Shown here one piece after another: positions 18,495 through 26,859 of a stretch of 32,000 bases of DNA. Position numbers and translations under genes: made by a program. The first letter of the stretch is position 1. Every line of letters begins with the position of its first letter. The DNA is from Geopsychrobacteraceae bacterium. Lineage in GTDB: Bacteria; Desulfobacterota; Desulfuromonadia; Desulfuromonadales; Geopsychrobacteraceae. The notes beneath the pieces were generated by a model. The model was not told where the DNA came from and did no database searches. It was given only the letters and a program-made list of their open reading frames with translations. The stretch lies in the NCBI GenBank assembly GCA_963677215.1, contig OY781919.1, positions 2,701,138 to 2,733,137 on the forward strand, given 5' to 3'.

Positions 18495-19472
18495 ATGACT
18501 ATGGAAGAGACAGATCTTTTAGCGCAACTTGCCGCCAAGCTGGCGTGTAAAGCCGAGATCGGGGCTGTCCTGGCTGAGCACAACAGCTGGAAAATCGGTG
18601 GCCGGGCCGATCTGCTGATCGAACCGGAGAACATCGCTCAGGTCGCTGAAGCCGTGCGGCTGGTGCGTGATTCCGGGTTGCCGCTACTGGTGGTCGGGCA
18701 GGGAACCAACCTGCTGTTTGACGATGCCGGTGTCCGCGGTGTAGTCATGAAGCTGGGAGAACGTTTTTCGGCAATCCGCTTTGACGGTCAGGACATTTAT
18801 GCGCAAGCCGGGGCCTGGGTGCCGCAACTCGCCCGGTTGGCGATGAAGCAGGGCCTCGCCGGTCTTGAACACTGCATCGGTATTCCGGGAACATTGGGTG
18901 GTCTGGTTGCCATGAATGGCGGCAGTCAGCGTCACGCCATTGGTGAAAATATTGTCAGGGTGACAGTTGTCGACCCGCAGGGGAATATTGTCGCGCTCAG
19001 CAATGAGCAGTGTCATTTCAGTTACCGGCACAGTGCTTTGCAAGAGACCGGGCAGATCGTCGTTGCCGCGCAACTGTATTGCCCGCAGGCGGTCGTAACT
19101 CAGGTACGCCGGGAGATGCTTAACGATCTGCGCACCAGGCGGACAAAATTCCCGCGCAAGGAGCCGAACTGCGGCTCGGTTTTCTTAAGTACCAGTGAGA
19201 TGCACGCGACCGTCGGACCGCCGGGCAAGATCATTGAAGAGGCGGGTCTCAAGGGAGAACGCTGTGGCCAGGCCCAGGTCTCGCACAAGCACGCCAACTT
19301 CATTGTCAATCTCGGTGGCGCCAGTTCCCGCGATGTCCTCTGTCTGATCGCTCGAATCCGGACCCTCATCCGGGAACGGATCGGTTTCGACCTCTGTTGT
19401 GAGGTCCGCTACGTCAGTCCCGCCTGCGAAGTGATGTCCGCTCACAAAAAAGCGGATGAACTCTGTGATTGA
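18495..19472 (+). CDS. murB: UDP-N-acetylenolpyruvoylglucosamine reductase (MurB family)
   Basis: 'WKIGGRADLL', 'VVGQGTNLL', 'GIPGTLGGLVAMNGG', 'CGSVF' and 'KHANFIVN' are present. The start is uncertain: TTG 18486 (overlaps the recJ stop), ATG 18495 or ATG 18501. Confidence 0.85.
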   Translation: MTMEETDLLAQLAAKLACKAEIGAVLAEHNSWKIGGRADLLIEPENIAQVAEAVRLVRDSGLPLLVVGQGTNLLFDDAGVRGVVMKLGERFSAIRFDGQDIYAQAGAWVPQLARLAMKQGLAGLEHCIGIPGTLGGLVAMNGGSQRHAIGENIVRVTVVDPQGNIVALSNEQCHFSYRHSALQETGQIVVAAQLYCPQAVVTQVRREMLNDLRTRRTKFPRKEPNCGSVFLSTSEMHATVGPPGKIIEEAGLKGERCGQAQVSHKHANFIVNLGGASSRDVLCLIARIRTLIRERIGFDLCCEVRYVSPACEVMSAHKKADELCD

Positions 19473-19491
19473 GTTCATCCGCCATTTTTTC
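19445..19491. terminator. Bidirectional rho-independent terminator between convergent murB and the aminotransferase gene
   Basis: Perfect 12-bp stem: gcggatgaactc (19452-19463) pairs with gagttcatccgc (19471-19482). It is flanked by aaaaaa upstream and tttttt downstream, and overlaps the last murB codons. Confidence 0.85.
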
Positions 19492-19509
19492 ATAAAAACA
19501 ATCTATTGC

Positions 19510-20691
19510 TCAGAGTCCGACCTCTTTGGCCAGTTTCTCCCAGACCGGCAGGCTGCGTTCGATGATATCGTCATCGATACAGTAGGCGATGCGGAAGTAG
19601 CCGGGGGTACCGAAGCCGCTGCCAGGGACGAGCAGAATCCGGTTCTCCGTGGCTTTTTTGATGAATTCCATCTCGTCGGCCAGTGGTGATTTCGGGAAGA
19701 GATAGAAACCGCCACCCGGTTTGACAACCTCGAAGCCCAGTTCGGTCAGTTTGTTATAGAGCATGTCGCGTTTGCGACGATAGGGCTCAATCGGCACACT
19801 GTTGCGCTGCAGGCTGGTAACCAGCCGTTGCATCAGGGCCGGAGCGTTGACGAAGCCGAGTACCCGGTTGCAGAATATGGCTCCTTGCATGAACAGATTA
19901 ACGTCGCTCATCTGCGGGCTGGCGGCGATGTAGCCGATCCGCTCACCCGGCAGCGCCAGATCCTTGGAATGAGAGGTGACGATAACCGAGTTGGCGATGC
20001 AGTTGAAGATACAGGGGACCTCTTCACCAAAGCTGATCTTGGCGTAGGGTTCGTCGGAAATCGCCAGGATGGTAATGCCGAACTCCTGCTCCTTGGCTGC
20101 GAGCAGATCCCCCAGTTGTTTCAGGATCGCCTGCGGATAGATCACCCCGGTCGGGTTGTTTGGCGAGTTGATGATGATGCCGCGGGTTCGTTCGTTGATT
20201 GCCGAGGCGATCGCTTCCAGATCCGGCTGGAAGTTTTCGTCGGTGGTGACCTCGACCGGAATCCCCCCCTGGTTGTCGATGTAGAATTTGTATTCGACAA
20301 AGTAAGGGGTGAGGATAATCACCTCGTCCCCTGGGTTGAGCAGGGTTTTGAGGACGACATTGAGCGCGGCACCCGCGCCGCAGGTCATGACGATGTTGCT
20401 GCCCTTGACCGGCAGACCGCAATTCTCGGCAATGGCTTCAGCGACGGCGGCGCGTGTTTCGTCATAACCGGCGTTGTTCATATATCGATGCATGCCAGGA
20501 ATCGGTTGGTCAGCGATCCTTTTCAACTCCTGATGCAGAGCTTCAGGAGGTTCCATGGTCGGGTTTCCCAGGGTGAAATCGAAGACGTTTTCGGCGCCGT
20601 ACTGCTGACGCAGTGCGTTCCCTTCTTCAAACATCTTGCGAATCCAGGATGCATTCTCGATATGGCTTTTTATCTTGTTTGAAATCGGCAT
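19510..20691 (-). CDS. Class I/II PLP-dependent aminotransferase (aspartate/aromatic/prephenate aminotransferase-like)
   Basis: 393 aa with 'NSPNNPTGV', 'DEPY' and the pyridoxal-Lys motif 'TSHSKDLALPGERIGY'. It is divergent from pheA. Confidence 0.85.
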   Translation of the reverse strand: MPISNKIKSHIENASWIRKMFEEGNALRQQYGAENVFDFTLGNPTMEPPEALHQELKRIADQPIPGMHRYMNNAGYDETRAAVAEAIAENCGLPVKGSNIVMTCGAGAALNVVLKTLLNPGDEVIILTPYFVEYKFYIDNQGGIPVEVTTDENFQPDLEAIASAINERTRGIIINSPNNPTGVIYPQAILKQLGDLLAAKEQEFGITILAISDEPYAKISFGEEVPCIFNCIANSVIVTSHSKDLALPGERIGYIAASPQMSDVNLFMQGAIFCNRVLGFVNAPALMQRLVTSLQRNSVPIEPYRRKRDMLYNKLTELGFEVVKPGGGFYLFPKSPLADEMEFIKKATENRILLVPGSGFGTPGYFRIAYCIDDDIIERSLPVWEKLAKEVGL

Positions 20692-20715
20692 TGCTCAGAT
20701 CCTTCATTCATAAAT

Positions 20716-20726
20716 GAAATTGATTT
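20716..20726. repeat. 11-nt direct repeat GAAATTGATTT, copy 1
   Basis: Exact match to copy 2 at 20799-20809. It lies in the predicted 5' UTR of the minus-strand aminotransferase gene. Confidence 0.6.
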
Positions 20727-20739
20727 GAAAAACTGCTGA

Positions 20740-20768
20740 AGTTTAGCCCTCTGTTCAATCTCGGTCAA
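20740..20768 (-). promoter_or_regulatory. Sigma70-type promoter for the aminotransferase gene
   Basis: On the minus strand: TTGACC (20768-20763), 17-nt spacer, TAAACT (20745-20740). Confidence 0.5.
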
Positions 20769-20798
20769 GCACGCTTTGTCTGCCCGACACACTGTTAC

Positions 20799-20809
20799 GA
20801 AATTGATTT
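20799..20809. repeat. 11-nt direct repeat GAAATTGATTT, copy 2
   Basis: Exact match to copy 1. It overlaps the -35 hexamer of the predicted pheA promoter. Confidence 0.6.
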
Positions 20810-20831
20810 TTGTCATGCTTTGGGCTACAGT
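20803..20831 (+). promoter_or_regulatory. Sigma70-type promoter for pheA-tyrA
   Basis: TTGATT (20803-20808), 17-nt spacer, TACAGT (20826-20831). Confidence 0.45.
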
Positions 20832-20871
20832 CCTGCACTCACATTCAATTCAAGACGAAAGCGAAAATGTT

Positions 20872-21981
20872 ATGAGCGAAGACAAGCTTAAAGGGTTGCG
20901 TGAGCAGATTGATCAGATCGACGACAGTATCCTCGATCTTCTCAATCGCAGGGCGAGTGTTGTGCTTGAGGTCGGTAAGGCCAAGCATGGCCGTTCCGAG
21001 CAGGCTTTTTATGTTCCCAGCCGGGAAAAGGCGATCTATGAGCGGCTGACAGCCCAGAACCCGGGCCCGTTTCCCAATGACGGTGTCTGCAAAGTCTTTC
21101 GTGAGATTATTTCGGCGTCGCTGAACATGGAAATGCCGATGAAGGTTGCATTCCTTGGCCCTCAGGGAACCTTTACCCATATGGCTGCAACCCAGCAGTT
21201 CGGCATGTCGGCCCAGCTGTTGCCGCTCAAAAGCATTCCCGCCGTGTTTGAAGATGTCGCCCGGGGCAGAAGCCATTACGGTGTGGTTCCGGTCGAGAAT
21301 TCGACCGAAGGGGTGGTCAACCATACTCTTGATATGTTTATCGATTCTGATCTGCAGGTGATCGCCGAGATCATGTTGGAGATTACCCATAATCTGGTTT
21401 CTCAGAGCACTGATATTGGCCGGATCCGTAAAATTGTCTCTCATCCTCAGGCCCTGGCTCAGTGCCGGCACTGGCTCGAAACCAACATGCCCGATACCCC
21501 GCAGCTTGATGTTTCCAGTACCGCTGCGGCAGCTCAGATGGCAGCCGAAGATGACGCAGTTGCTGCTATTGCCAGCACTGCGGCAGCTGATCAGTATGGC
21601 TTGCAGATTGTTAAGGCTCGCATCGAAGACAACGCAAATAACTACACCCGTTTTCTGGTGATCGGCAAAACGACCTCAAACAAGAGTGGTGCGGACAAGA
21701 CTTCGATCATGTTCAGTATCAAAGATGAGCCGGGGATTCTCTATCGTATGCTCGAGCCCTTCAGTGCCCGCCGGATCAATCTGTCCAAGATCGAAAGCCG
21801 GCCGATGAAACAGCGTGCCTGGGAATACATCTTCTTTCTCGATATGATCGGTCATGTCGATGACGCGGATATTTCAGCGGCCATCGAAGAGTTGCGGCCT
21901 CATTGTCACTTCCTCAAGGTCTTGGGCTCCTATCCGATCGCCAGAAAAGAGATCCGGGACGGGGGACGCACTGATGGATAA
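20872..21981 (+). CDS. pheA: Bifunctional chorismate mutase / prephenate dehydratase (P-protein)
   Basis: ATG 20872. Chorismate mutase region 'LRGLREQIDQIDDSILDLLNRR'. Prephenate dehydratase motifs 'VAFLGPQGTFTH' and 'NYTRFLVIG'. ACT region 'SKIESRPMK'. 369 aa. The track ORF from 20776 adds an implausible hydrophobic leader. Confidence 0.92.
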   Translation: MSEDKLKGLREQIDQIDDSILDLLNRRASVVLEVGKAKHGRSEQAFYVPSREKAIYERLTAQNPGPFPNDGVCKVFREIISASLNMEMPMKVAFLGPQGTFTHMAATQQFGMSAQLLPLKSIPAVFEDVARGRSHYGVVPVENSTEGVVNHTLDMFIDSDLQVIAEIMLEITHNLVSQSTDIGRIRKIVSHPQALAQCRHWLETNMPDTPQLDVSSTAAAAQMAAEDDAVAAIASTAAADQYGLQIVKARIEDNANNYTRFLVIGKTTSNKSGADKTSIMFSIKDEPGILYRMLEPFSARRINLSKIESRPMKQRAWEYIFFLDMIGHVDDADISAAIEELRPHCHFLKVLGSYPIARKEIRDGGRTDG

Positions 21982-22843
21982 TCAGCCCCTTATCCCGCAT
22001 CTGACGGTCATTGGTGTCGGGTTGATCGGTGGCTCGTTGAGCTTGGCGCTCAAGGCTGCCGGTGCGGTCGGGCGCGTCACCGGTTGTGGGCGCGGTAAAC
22101 CTAACCTGGAAAAGGCTCTGGAGCTTGGCGTAGTAGATGACTTTGATCAGGACCCTGTTGCTGCAGTCGCCGGAGCTAATGTTGTATTTCTGGCCACTCC
22201 GGTCAAGAGTATGGCTGAGGTCGTCAGGCAGATCCTGCCCGGGCTCAAGCCCGGGGCTATTATTACAGATGGTGGCAGCGTCAAGGAGGAGGTTGCTCAG
22301 CAGATTGAGCCTCTGTTGCCGGAAGGGATTCATTTCGTGCCTGGACACCCGATTTCCGGGACCGAAAAAAGTGGCGCTGATGCGGCCTTTGCAACCCTTT
22401 ATAAAAACAAGCGCTGTATCCTGACACCGACAGAGAAGACCGATGCTCAGGCTGTCGATCTGGTGACCGCAATGTGGCAACAGGCGGGCAGTCAGGTGAT
22501 CAGCATGTCGTTGAAAAAGCATGACAGGATTCTGGCTGCAATCAGTCACCTGCCACACATGGTTGCCTATGCTCTGGTCAATGCCGTCGGCTCCTATGAT
22601 CATTTCGAGGAAAATATTCTTGAATACTCAGCCGGCGGATTTCGTGATTTTACTCGAATTGCGTCGTCTGATCCGACCATGTGGCGGGATATCGCCGAGA
22701 CCAATCGTGATGCATTGCTTGAGATGATGGAGCAGTTCGAGATCTTTTTTGCCGAACTCAAAGCGGATATCGCCGCCGGGCAGGGGGAGAAATTGTTCGA
22801 GTTCTTCTTCCGATCCAAGCAGTTGCGCGACGCAATTCTATAG
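21974..22843 (+). CDS. tyrA: Prephenate dehydrogenase
   Basis: ATG 21974 overlaps the pheA stop by 8 nt (ATGGATAA). 'VIGVGLIGGSLSLALK' Rossmann motif and 'VPGHPISG'. 289 aa. Confidence 0.9.
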   Translation: MDNQPLIPHLTVIGVGLIGGSLSLALKAAGAVGRVTGCGRGKPNLEKALELGVVDDFDQDPVAAVAGANVVFLATPVKSMAEVVRQILPGLKPGAIITDGGSVKEEVAQQIEPLLPEGIHFVPGHPISGTEKSGADAAFATLYKNKRCILTPTEKTDAQAVDLVTAMWQQAGSQVISMSLKKHDRILAAISHLPHMVAYALVNAVGSYDHFEENILEYSAGGFRDFTRIASSDPTMWRDIAETNRDALLEMMEQFEIFFAELKADIAAGQGEKLFEFFFRSKQLRDAIL

Positions 22844-22985
22844 TTTTCAGTCGCAAATGGCTCTTTTTCGCTGTGGCGGCCTCAATCTGAGGAGTTGATT
22901 GTGCGGCGTAAATCACTACGCCTTCGCACAACCTCTCAGATTTCCTGGTCACGGAAAAAATTGCTCGTATCCAAGCTGAAAACTA
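22841..22985 (+). other. Nested inverted repeats / predicted structured RNA in the tyrA-aroA spacer
   Basis: The outer repeat is a perfect 10-bp inverted repeat: tagttttcag (22841-22850, includes the tyrA stop) and ctgaaaacta (22976-22985). The inner imperfect hairpin (22885-22941) has about 21 bp (helices of 7+4+4+5 bp plus one G-U pair) and a 6-nt loop aatcac. Confidence 0.4.
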
Positions 22986-23031
22986 ACAGGCTCTACTCGT
23001 AAGTTTAACTATTAAGATAAAGAGGAATAAT

Positions 23032-24330
23032 ATGCACCCAAGTCAGACAAGACGTGTTGTCCCGGCCCCCGGCCTGCGTGGTGAGGTCGCGGTTCCTGGA
23101 GATAAGTCGATCTCGCATCGTTCGATCATGTTTGCTTCGTTGGCCGAAGGGGCGACCCGGGTCAGCGGTCTGCTGCGTGGTGAGGATTGCCTGTCGACGC
23201 TCAAGGCCTTTCAGCAGCTTGGTATTCAAGTCGAGGACAAAAGTGCTGATGAACTAGTTATCCACGGGCGTGGTCTGGCCGGGCTGCAGGAGGCCGGTGA
23301 TGTGATCGATTGTGGCAACTCGGGAACGACCATGCGTCTGATGAGTGGAATTCTCGCCGCTCAGCCGTTCTTTTCGGTGCTGACCGGGGATCAGTATCTG
23401 CGTAAGCGGCCGATGGCACGTATTATCAAACCGCTCGGGACCATGGGGGCGAAGATTCTTGGGCGCGAGCAGAATACCAAGGCTCCGCTGGCTATTATTG
23501 GCGGCAACCTGACGCCAACCACCTATGAGTCGCCGATCTCTAGCGCCCAGGTGAAATCTGCGGTGCTGCTGGCCGGCATGCAGATCGAAGGCGAGACGAC
23601 CGTGACCGAACCTTTTCTCTCCCGTGACCACAGCGAGAGGATGCTGCGCTACTTCGGCGCCGAGATTGAATCCTTTGACGGCGGTGCCCGAGTCAAGGGG
23701 CGGGTTCAGCTTCAGGGACGCGATGTCAGTGTGCCGGGCGATATCTCTTCGGCAGCCTTTTATCTGGTTGCCGGCCTGATCGTGCCGAATGCCGAGCTGT
23801 TGTTGCTCAACGTCGGGGTCAATCCGACCCGCAGCGGGATCATCGATATCCTGCAGCAGATGGGTGGCCAGATCGAACTCTGTAATCCACGCGAGGTTTC
23901 CGGTGAGCCGGTTGCCGATCTGCTGGTCAAAAGCAGTCAGCTCAAGGGGATCGATATCGCCGGAGAACTGATTCCCCGGGCGATCGATGAAATGCCGGTC
24001 GTCAGCGTCGCAGCTGTCTTTGCCGAAGGGGTGACGACCATCCGCGAGGCGGAGGAGTTGAGAGTCAAGGAGACTGATCGCATCGCTGCCATGTGTGACG
24101 TTCTTGGTAAACTCGGTGCTCAGATCGAACCCCGTGACGACGGTATGATCATCACCGGGACCGGGCATTTGAACGGTGGCGAGGTCGATTCATTCGGCGA
24201 TCATCGGATTGCCATGAGTATGGCTGTTGCGGCGCTGGCAGCTGAAGCTGAGATCGAGATCAGTGATACCGCCTGCACCGAGACTTCCTTTCCCGGCTTC
24301 TGGGAACTACTTGATTCGATTCGGGGTTGA
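23032..24330 (+). CDS. aroA: 3-phosphoshikimate 1-carboxyvinyltransferase (EPSP synthase, class II-type motifs)
   Basis: AGAGGA RBS. 'PGDKSISHRSIMF' (class II-like rather than the E. coli-like 'PGSKSVSNR'), 'GNSGTTMRL' and 'RVKETDRI'. 432 aa. Confidence 0.94.
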   Translation: MHPSQTRRVVPAPGLRGEVAVPGDKSISHRSIMFASLAEGATRVSGLLRGEDCLSTLKAFQQLGIQVEDKSADELVIHGRGLAGLQEAGDVIDCGNSGTTMRLMSGILAAQPFFSVLTGDQYLRKRPMARIIKPLGTMGAKILGREQNTKAPLAIIGGNLTPTTYESPISSAQVKSAVLLAGMQIEGETTVTEPFLSRDHSERMLRYFGAEIESFDGGARVKGRVQLQGRDVSVPGDISSAAFYLVAGLIVPNAELLLLNVGVNPTRSGIIDILQQMGGQIELCNPREVSGEPVADLLVKSSQLKGIDIAGELIPRAIDEMPVVSVAAVFAEGVTTIREAEELRVKETDRIAAMCDVLGKLGAQIEPRDDGMIITGTGHLNGGEVDSFGDHRIAMSMAVAALAAEAEIEISDTACTETSFPGFWELLDSIRG

Positions 24331-24332
24331 TC

Positions 24333-25010
24333 GTGAAGAAGCGTCTGATTGTCGCCATCGACGGTCCTTCCGGAGCTGGTAAAAGCACTCTGAGCAAGGC
24401 CTTGGCCAAGGAGCTGGGCTATATCAATCTCGATACCGGAGCAATGTACCGTTCTGTCGCCCTGCAGGCAAAACTTGCCGGGATCGATGTCGCCGATCAG
24501 GGCGAGTTGGGCGCTCTGGCTCGCGCGATGACAATCTCATTCGTAAAAGACGGCAGTAGAGAACGTGTTCTGGTCAACGGGGAGGATGTCAGCGATGCGA
24601 TCCGCACCCCAGAGGTCAGCCTGCTGACCGCCAGGGTCGCCGCCTGCCCCCAGGTCCGCGAGGCGATGGTTGCTCAGCAGCGGCGTATGGGCGGACAGGG
24701 CGGTGTTGTTCTAGAAGGACGCGACATCGGCACTGTTGTCTTTCCACAGGCTGAAGTGAAGTTCTTTCTTTCGGCTTCAGCCGCCGAGCGGGGGCGCCGC
24801 CGCTATGAGGAACTCAAGACCAAAGGGGAGAATGTCGATCTGGCCCGGACCATAGCCGAGGTCGAAGCCCGCGACGCAGCTGATTCAGCCCGTGAACATT
24901 CGCCATTGCTTCAGGCCGAAGATGCCATTGTTATCGATTCAACCCGCCTGACGATCGCTGAGGTCCTGGACACCATGTTGAGGGCGATCAGGGCCCACGA
25001 AGAAGAATAA
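24333..25010 (+). CDS. cmk: (d)CMP kinase (cytidylate kinase)
   Basis: 'IAIDGPSGAGKST' P-loop. The start is either GTG 24333 or TTG 24327 (the latter overlaps the aroA stop by 4 nt). Conserved cmk-rpsA order. Confidence 0.9.
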   Translation: MKKRLIVAIDGPSGAGKSTLSKALAKELGYINLDTGAMYRSVALQAKLAGIDVADQGELGALARAMTISFVKDGSRERVLVNGEDVSDAIRTPEVSLLTARVAACPQVREAMVAQQRRMGGQGGVVLEGRDIGTVVFPQAEVKFFLSASAAERGRRRYEELKTKGENVDLARTIAEVEARDAADSAREHSPLLQAEDAIVIDSTRLTIAEVLDTMLRAIRAHEEE

Positions 25011-25029
25011 CTCCCTGAAAAATATTGTT

Positions 25030-25058
25030 TTGTTTTTTCCCGGAGGCTGTGCTATCTT
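25030..25058 (+). promoter_or_regulatory. Candidate extended -10 promoter for rpsA
   Basis: TTGTTT (25030-25035), 17-nt spacer ending in TGc, then TATCTT (25053-25058). Confidence 0.35.
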
Positions 25059-25122
25059 GCGCGTCTCTACGCGAGTCCGCCGCCGTCAGGCGCCGGGAAA
25101 TTCTTAAGGGGGTATCATCCCA

Positions 25123-26841
25123 ATGGTTGAAGAGAAAGACATGTACGACGAAAACGAAATGGAACTATTTGATGGCGAGGAGAGCTTTGAGGAGCTTCTC
25201 AAGGATTACGAGCAGGGCGGTTTCGAACTGAAGCGTAATGACGTCGTCGAAGGCACAATTGTCCAGGTTAATCCTGATTCGGTTGTTGTCGATGTCGGTT
25301 ACAAATCGGAAGGTGTCATTCCGATTCGTGAGTTCGCCGACGAAAACGGTGAAATCAACGTCAAGGTCGGTGACGTCTACGACGTCCTGTTCGGTGGCGG
25401 TGAAAGCGATAGCGGTCTGATCGTCCTGTCCAAGGAAAAAGCAGATCGTCAGAAAATCTGGAACTCTCTGGAAGAGGGTGCGGTCGTTGAAGGTCGTATC
25501 GTCAGCCGGATTAAAGGTGGCCTGTCAGTTGATATCGGCGTTAACGCCTTCCTGCCTGGTTCCCAGGTTGACCTGCGTCCGGTCCGTAACCTGGACAAGG
25601 TCATTGGCCAGTCTTTCGATTTCAAGATCATCAAGCTCAACAAGCGTCGTGGCAACATCGTTCTGTCCCGTCGTGTTCTGCTCGAAAAAGAGCGTGAGTC
25701 CCAGCGCGGTGAGACCCTCAAGACCCTGGAAGAAAATCAGGTTGTTGAAGGTGTCGTCAAGAACCTGACCGATTACGGCGCATTTATCGACCTCGGTGGT
25801 ATCGACGGCCTGCTCCACATCACCGACATGTCCTGGGGGCGCGTCAAGCACCCATCCGACATCCTGGCTGTTGGCGACAAGATCAACGTCAAGGTTCTCA
25901 AGTTCGACAAGGATAAAGAACGCGTTTCCTTGGGTCTCAAGCAGATCGCTCCTGATCCATGGCTCGACGTCACCGCCAAGTACCCGATCGGTGCCAAGGT
26001 TGTCGGCAAGGTTGTCAGCCTGACCGATTACGGCGCATTCATCGAGCTGGAAGAGGGTGTCGAAGGCCTGATCCACGTTTCCGAAATGAGCTGGACCAAG
26101 CGCGTTAAGCATCCGAACAAGGTTCTCAATATCGGCGATGATATAGAGTCTGTTGTTCTGGCTCTCGACTCCGAAAACCGTCGTATCTCCCTGGGCCTCA
26201 AGCAGATCGAGCCTAACCCATGGGACATCATCGGCGAGAAATTCCCGATCGGTACTATCATCGAAGGTCAGGTCAAGAACATCACTGACTTCGGTATCTT
26301 CGTTGGTGTTGACGAAGGGATTGACGGTCTGGTTCACATCTCCGACCTGTCCTGGACCAAGCGCATCAAGCATCCTTCCGAAGTTTACAAGAAGGGTGAC
26401 CTGGTCAAGGCCGTTGTCCTGAACATCGACCGTGAGAACGAGCGTTTCTCTCTCGGCCTCAAGCAGCTGAACCTGGATCCATGGGAGACTGTGCCAGTTC
26501 GTTATACCCGTGGTACCATCGTCAGCGGTAACGTCACTTCGGTCACCGATTTCGGTATCTTCATTGAGCTGGAAGAGGGAATTGAAGGTCTGATCCACGT
26601 TTCCGAACTGAGCAAAGAAAAAATCGACAGCCCGAAAGATTTCGCCAAGGTTGGTGACACTCTGGAAGCTGCCGTTCTTCAGGTTGACACCGTTGATCGC
26701 AAGATCGCTCTGTCCGTCAAGAACCTCGACGAGCAGAAAGAAAAAGCTGAAGTCAACGAATTCATGGGCGCTGGCAAGAATGCAACGTCCAACCTGGGCG
26801 ATCTGCTGAAAGGCGCGCTCGACAGCAAGTCTGAAGATTAA
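25123..26841 (+). CDS. rpsA: 30S ribosomal protein S1
   Basis: 572 aa with six consecutive S1 domains (recurring 'G.V..I..FGAF..L..G..GL.H.S' blocks). AAGGGGG lies 10 nt upstream of ATG 25123; ATG 25141 is an alternative start. Confidence 0.95.
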   Translation: MVEEKDMYDENEMELFDGEESFEELLKDYEQGGFELKRNDVVEGTIVQVNPDSVVVDVGYKSEGVIPIREFADENGEINVKVGDVYDVLFGGGESDSGLIVLSKEKADRQKIWNSLEEGAVVEGRIVSRIKGGLSVDIGVNAFLPGSQVDLRPVRNLDKVIGQSFDFKIIKLNKRRGNIVLSRRVLLEKERESQRGETLKTLEENQVVEGVVKNLTDYGAFIDLGGIDGLLHITDMSWGRVKHPSDILAVGDKINVKVLKFDKDKERVSLGLKQIAPDPWLDVTAKYPIGAKVVGKVVSLTDYGAFIELEEGVEGLIHVSEMSWTKRVKHPNKVLNIGDDIESVVLALDSENRRISLGLKQIEPNPWDIIGEKFPIGTIIEGQVKNITDFGIFVGVDEGIDGLVHISDLSWTKRIKHPSEVYKKGDLVKAVVLNIDRENERFSLGLKQLNLDPWETVPVRYTRGTIVSGNVTSVTDFGIFIELEEGIEGLIHVSELSKEKIDSPKDFAKVGDTLEAAVLQVDTVDRKIALSVKNLDEQKEKAEVNEFMGAGKNATSNLGDLLKGALDSKSED

Positions 26842-26859
26842 GCTGCAATGCATATCCAC

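Noticed and set aside
22758-22952. 64-aa minus-strand ORF spanning the tyrA 3' end and the tyrA-aroA spacer
   Set aside because: It has no RBS and overlaps the tyrA coding sequence. Its sequence is R/A-rich, generated by the inverted repeats. The structure explanation is more economical.
25025-25231. 68-aa ORF overlapping the rpsA start region
   Set aside because: It is in a different frame from rpsA, with no RBS and no motif. The region is better explained as the rpsA promoter and 5' UTR.
25250-26700. Roughly 260-bp periodicity in the DNA, which could be mistaken for a tandem repeat or array
   Set aside because: It reflects the six homologous S1 domains of rpsA at the protein level. There are no exact DNA repeats or spacers, so this is not CRISPR or a satellite.
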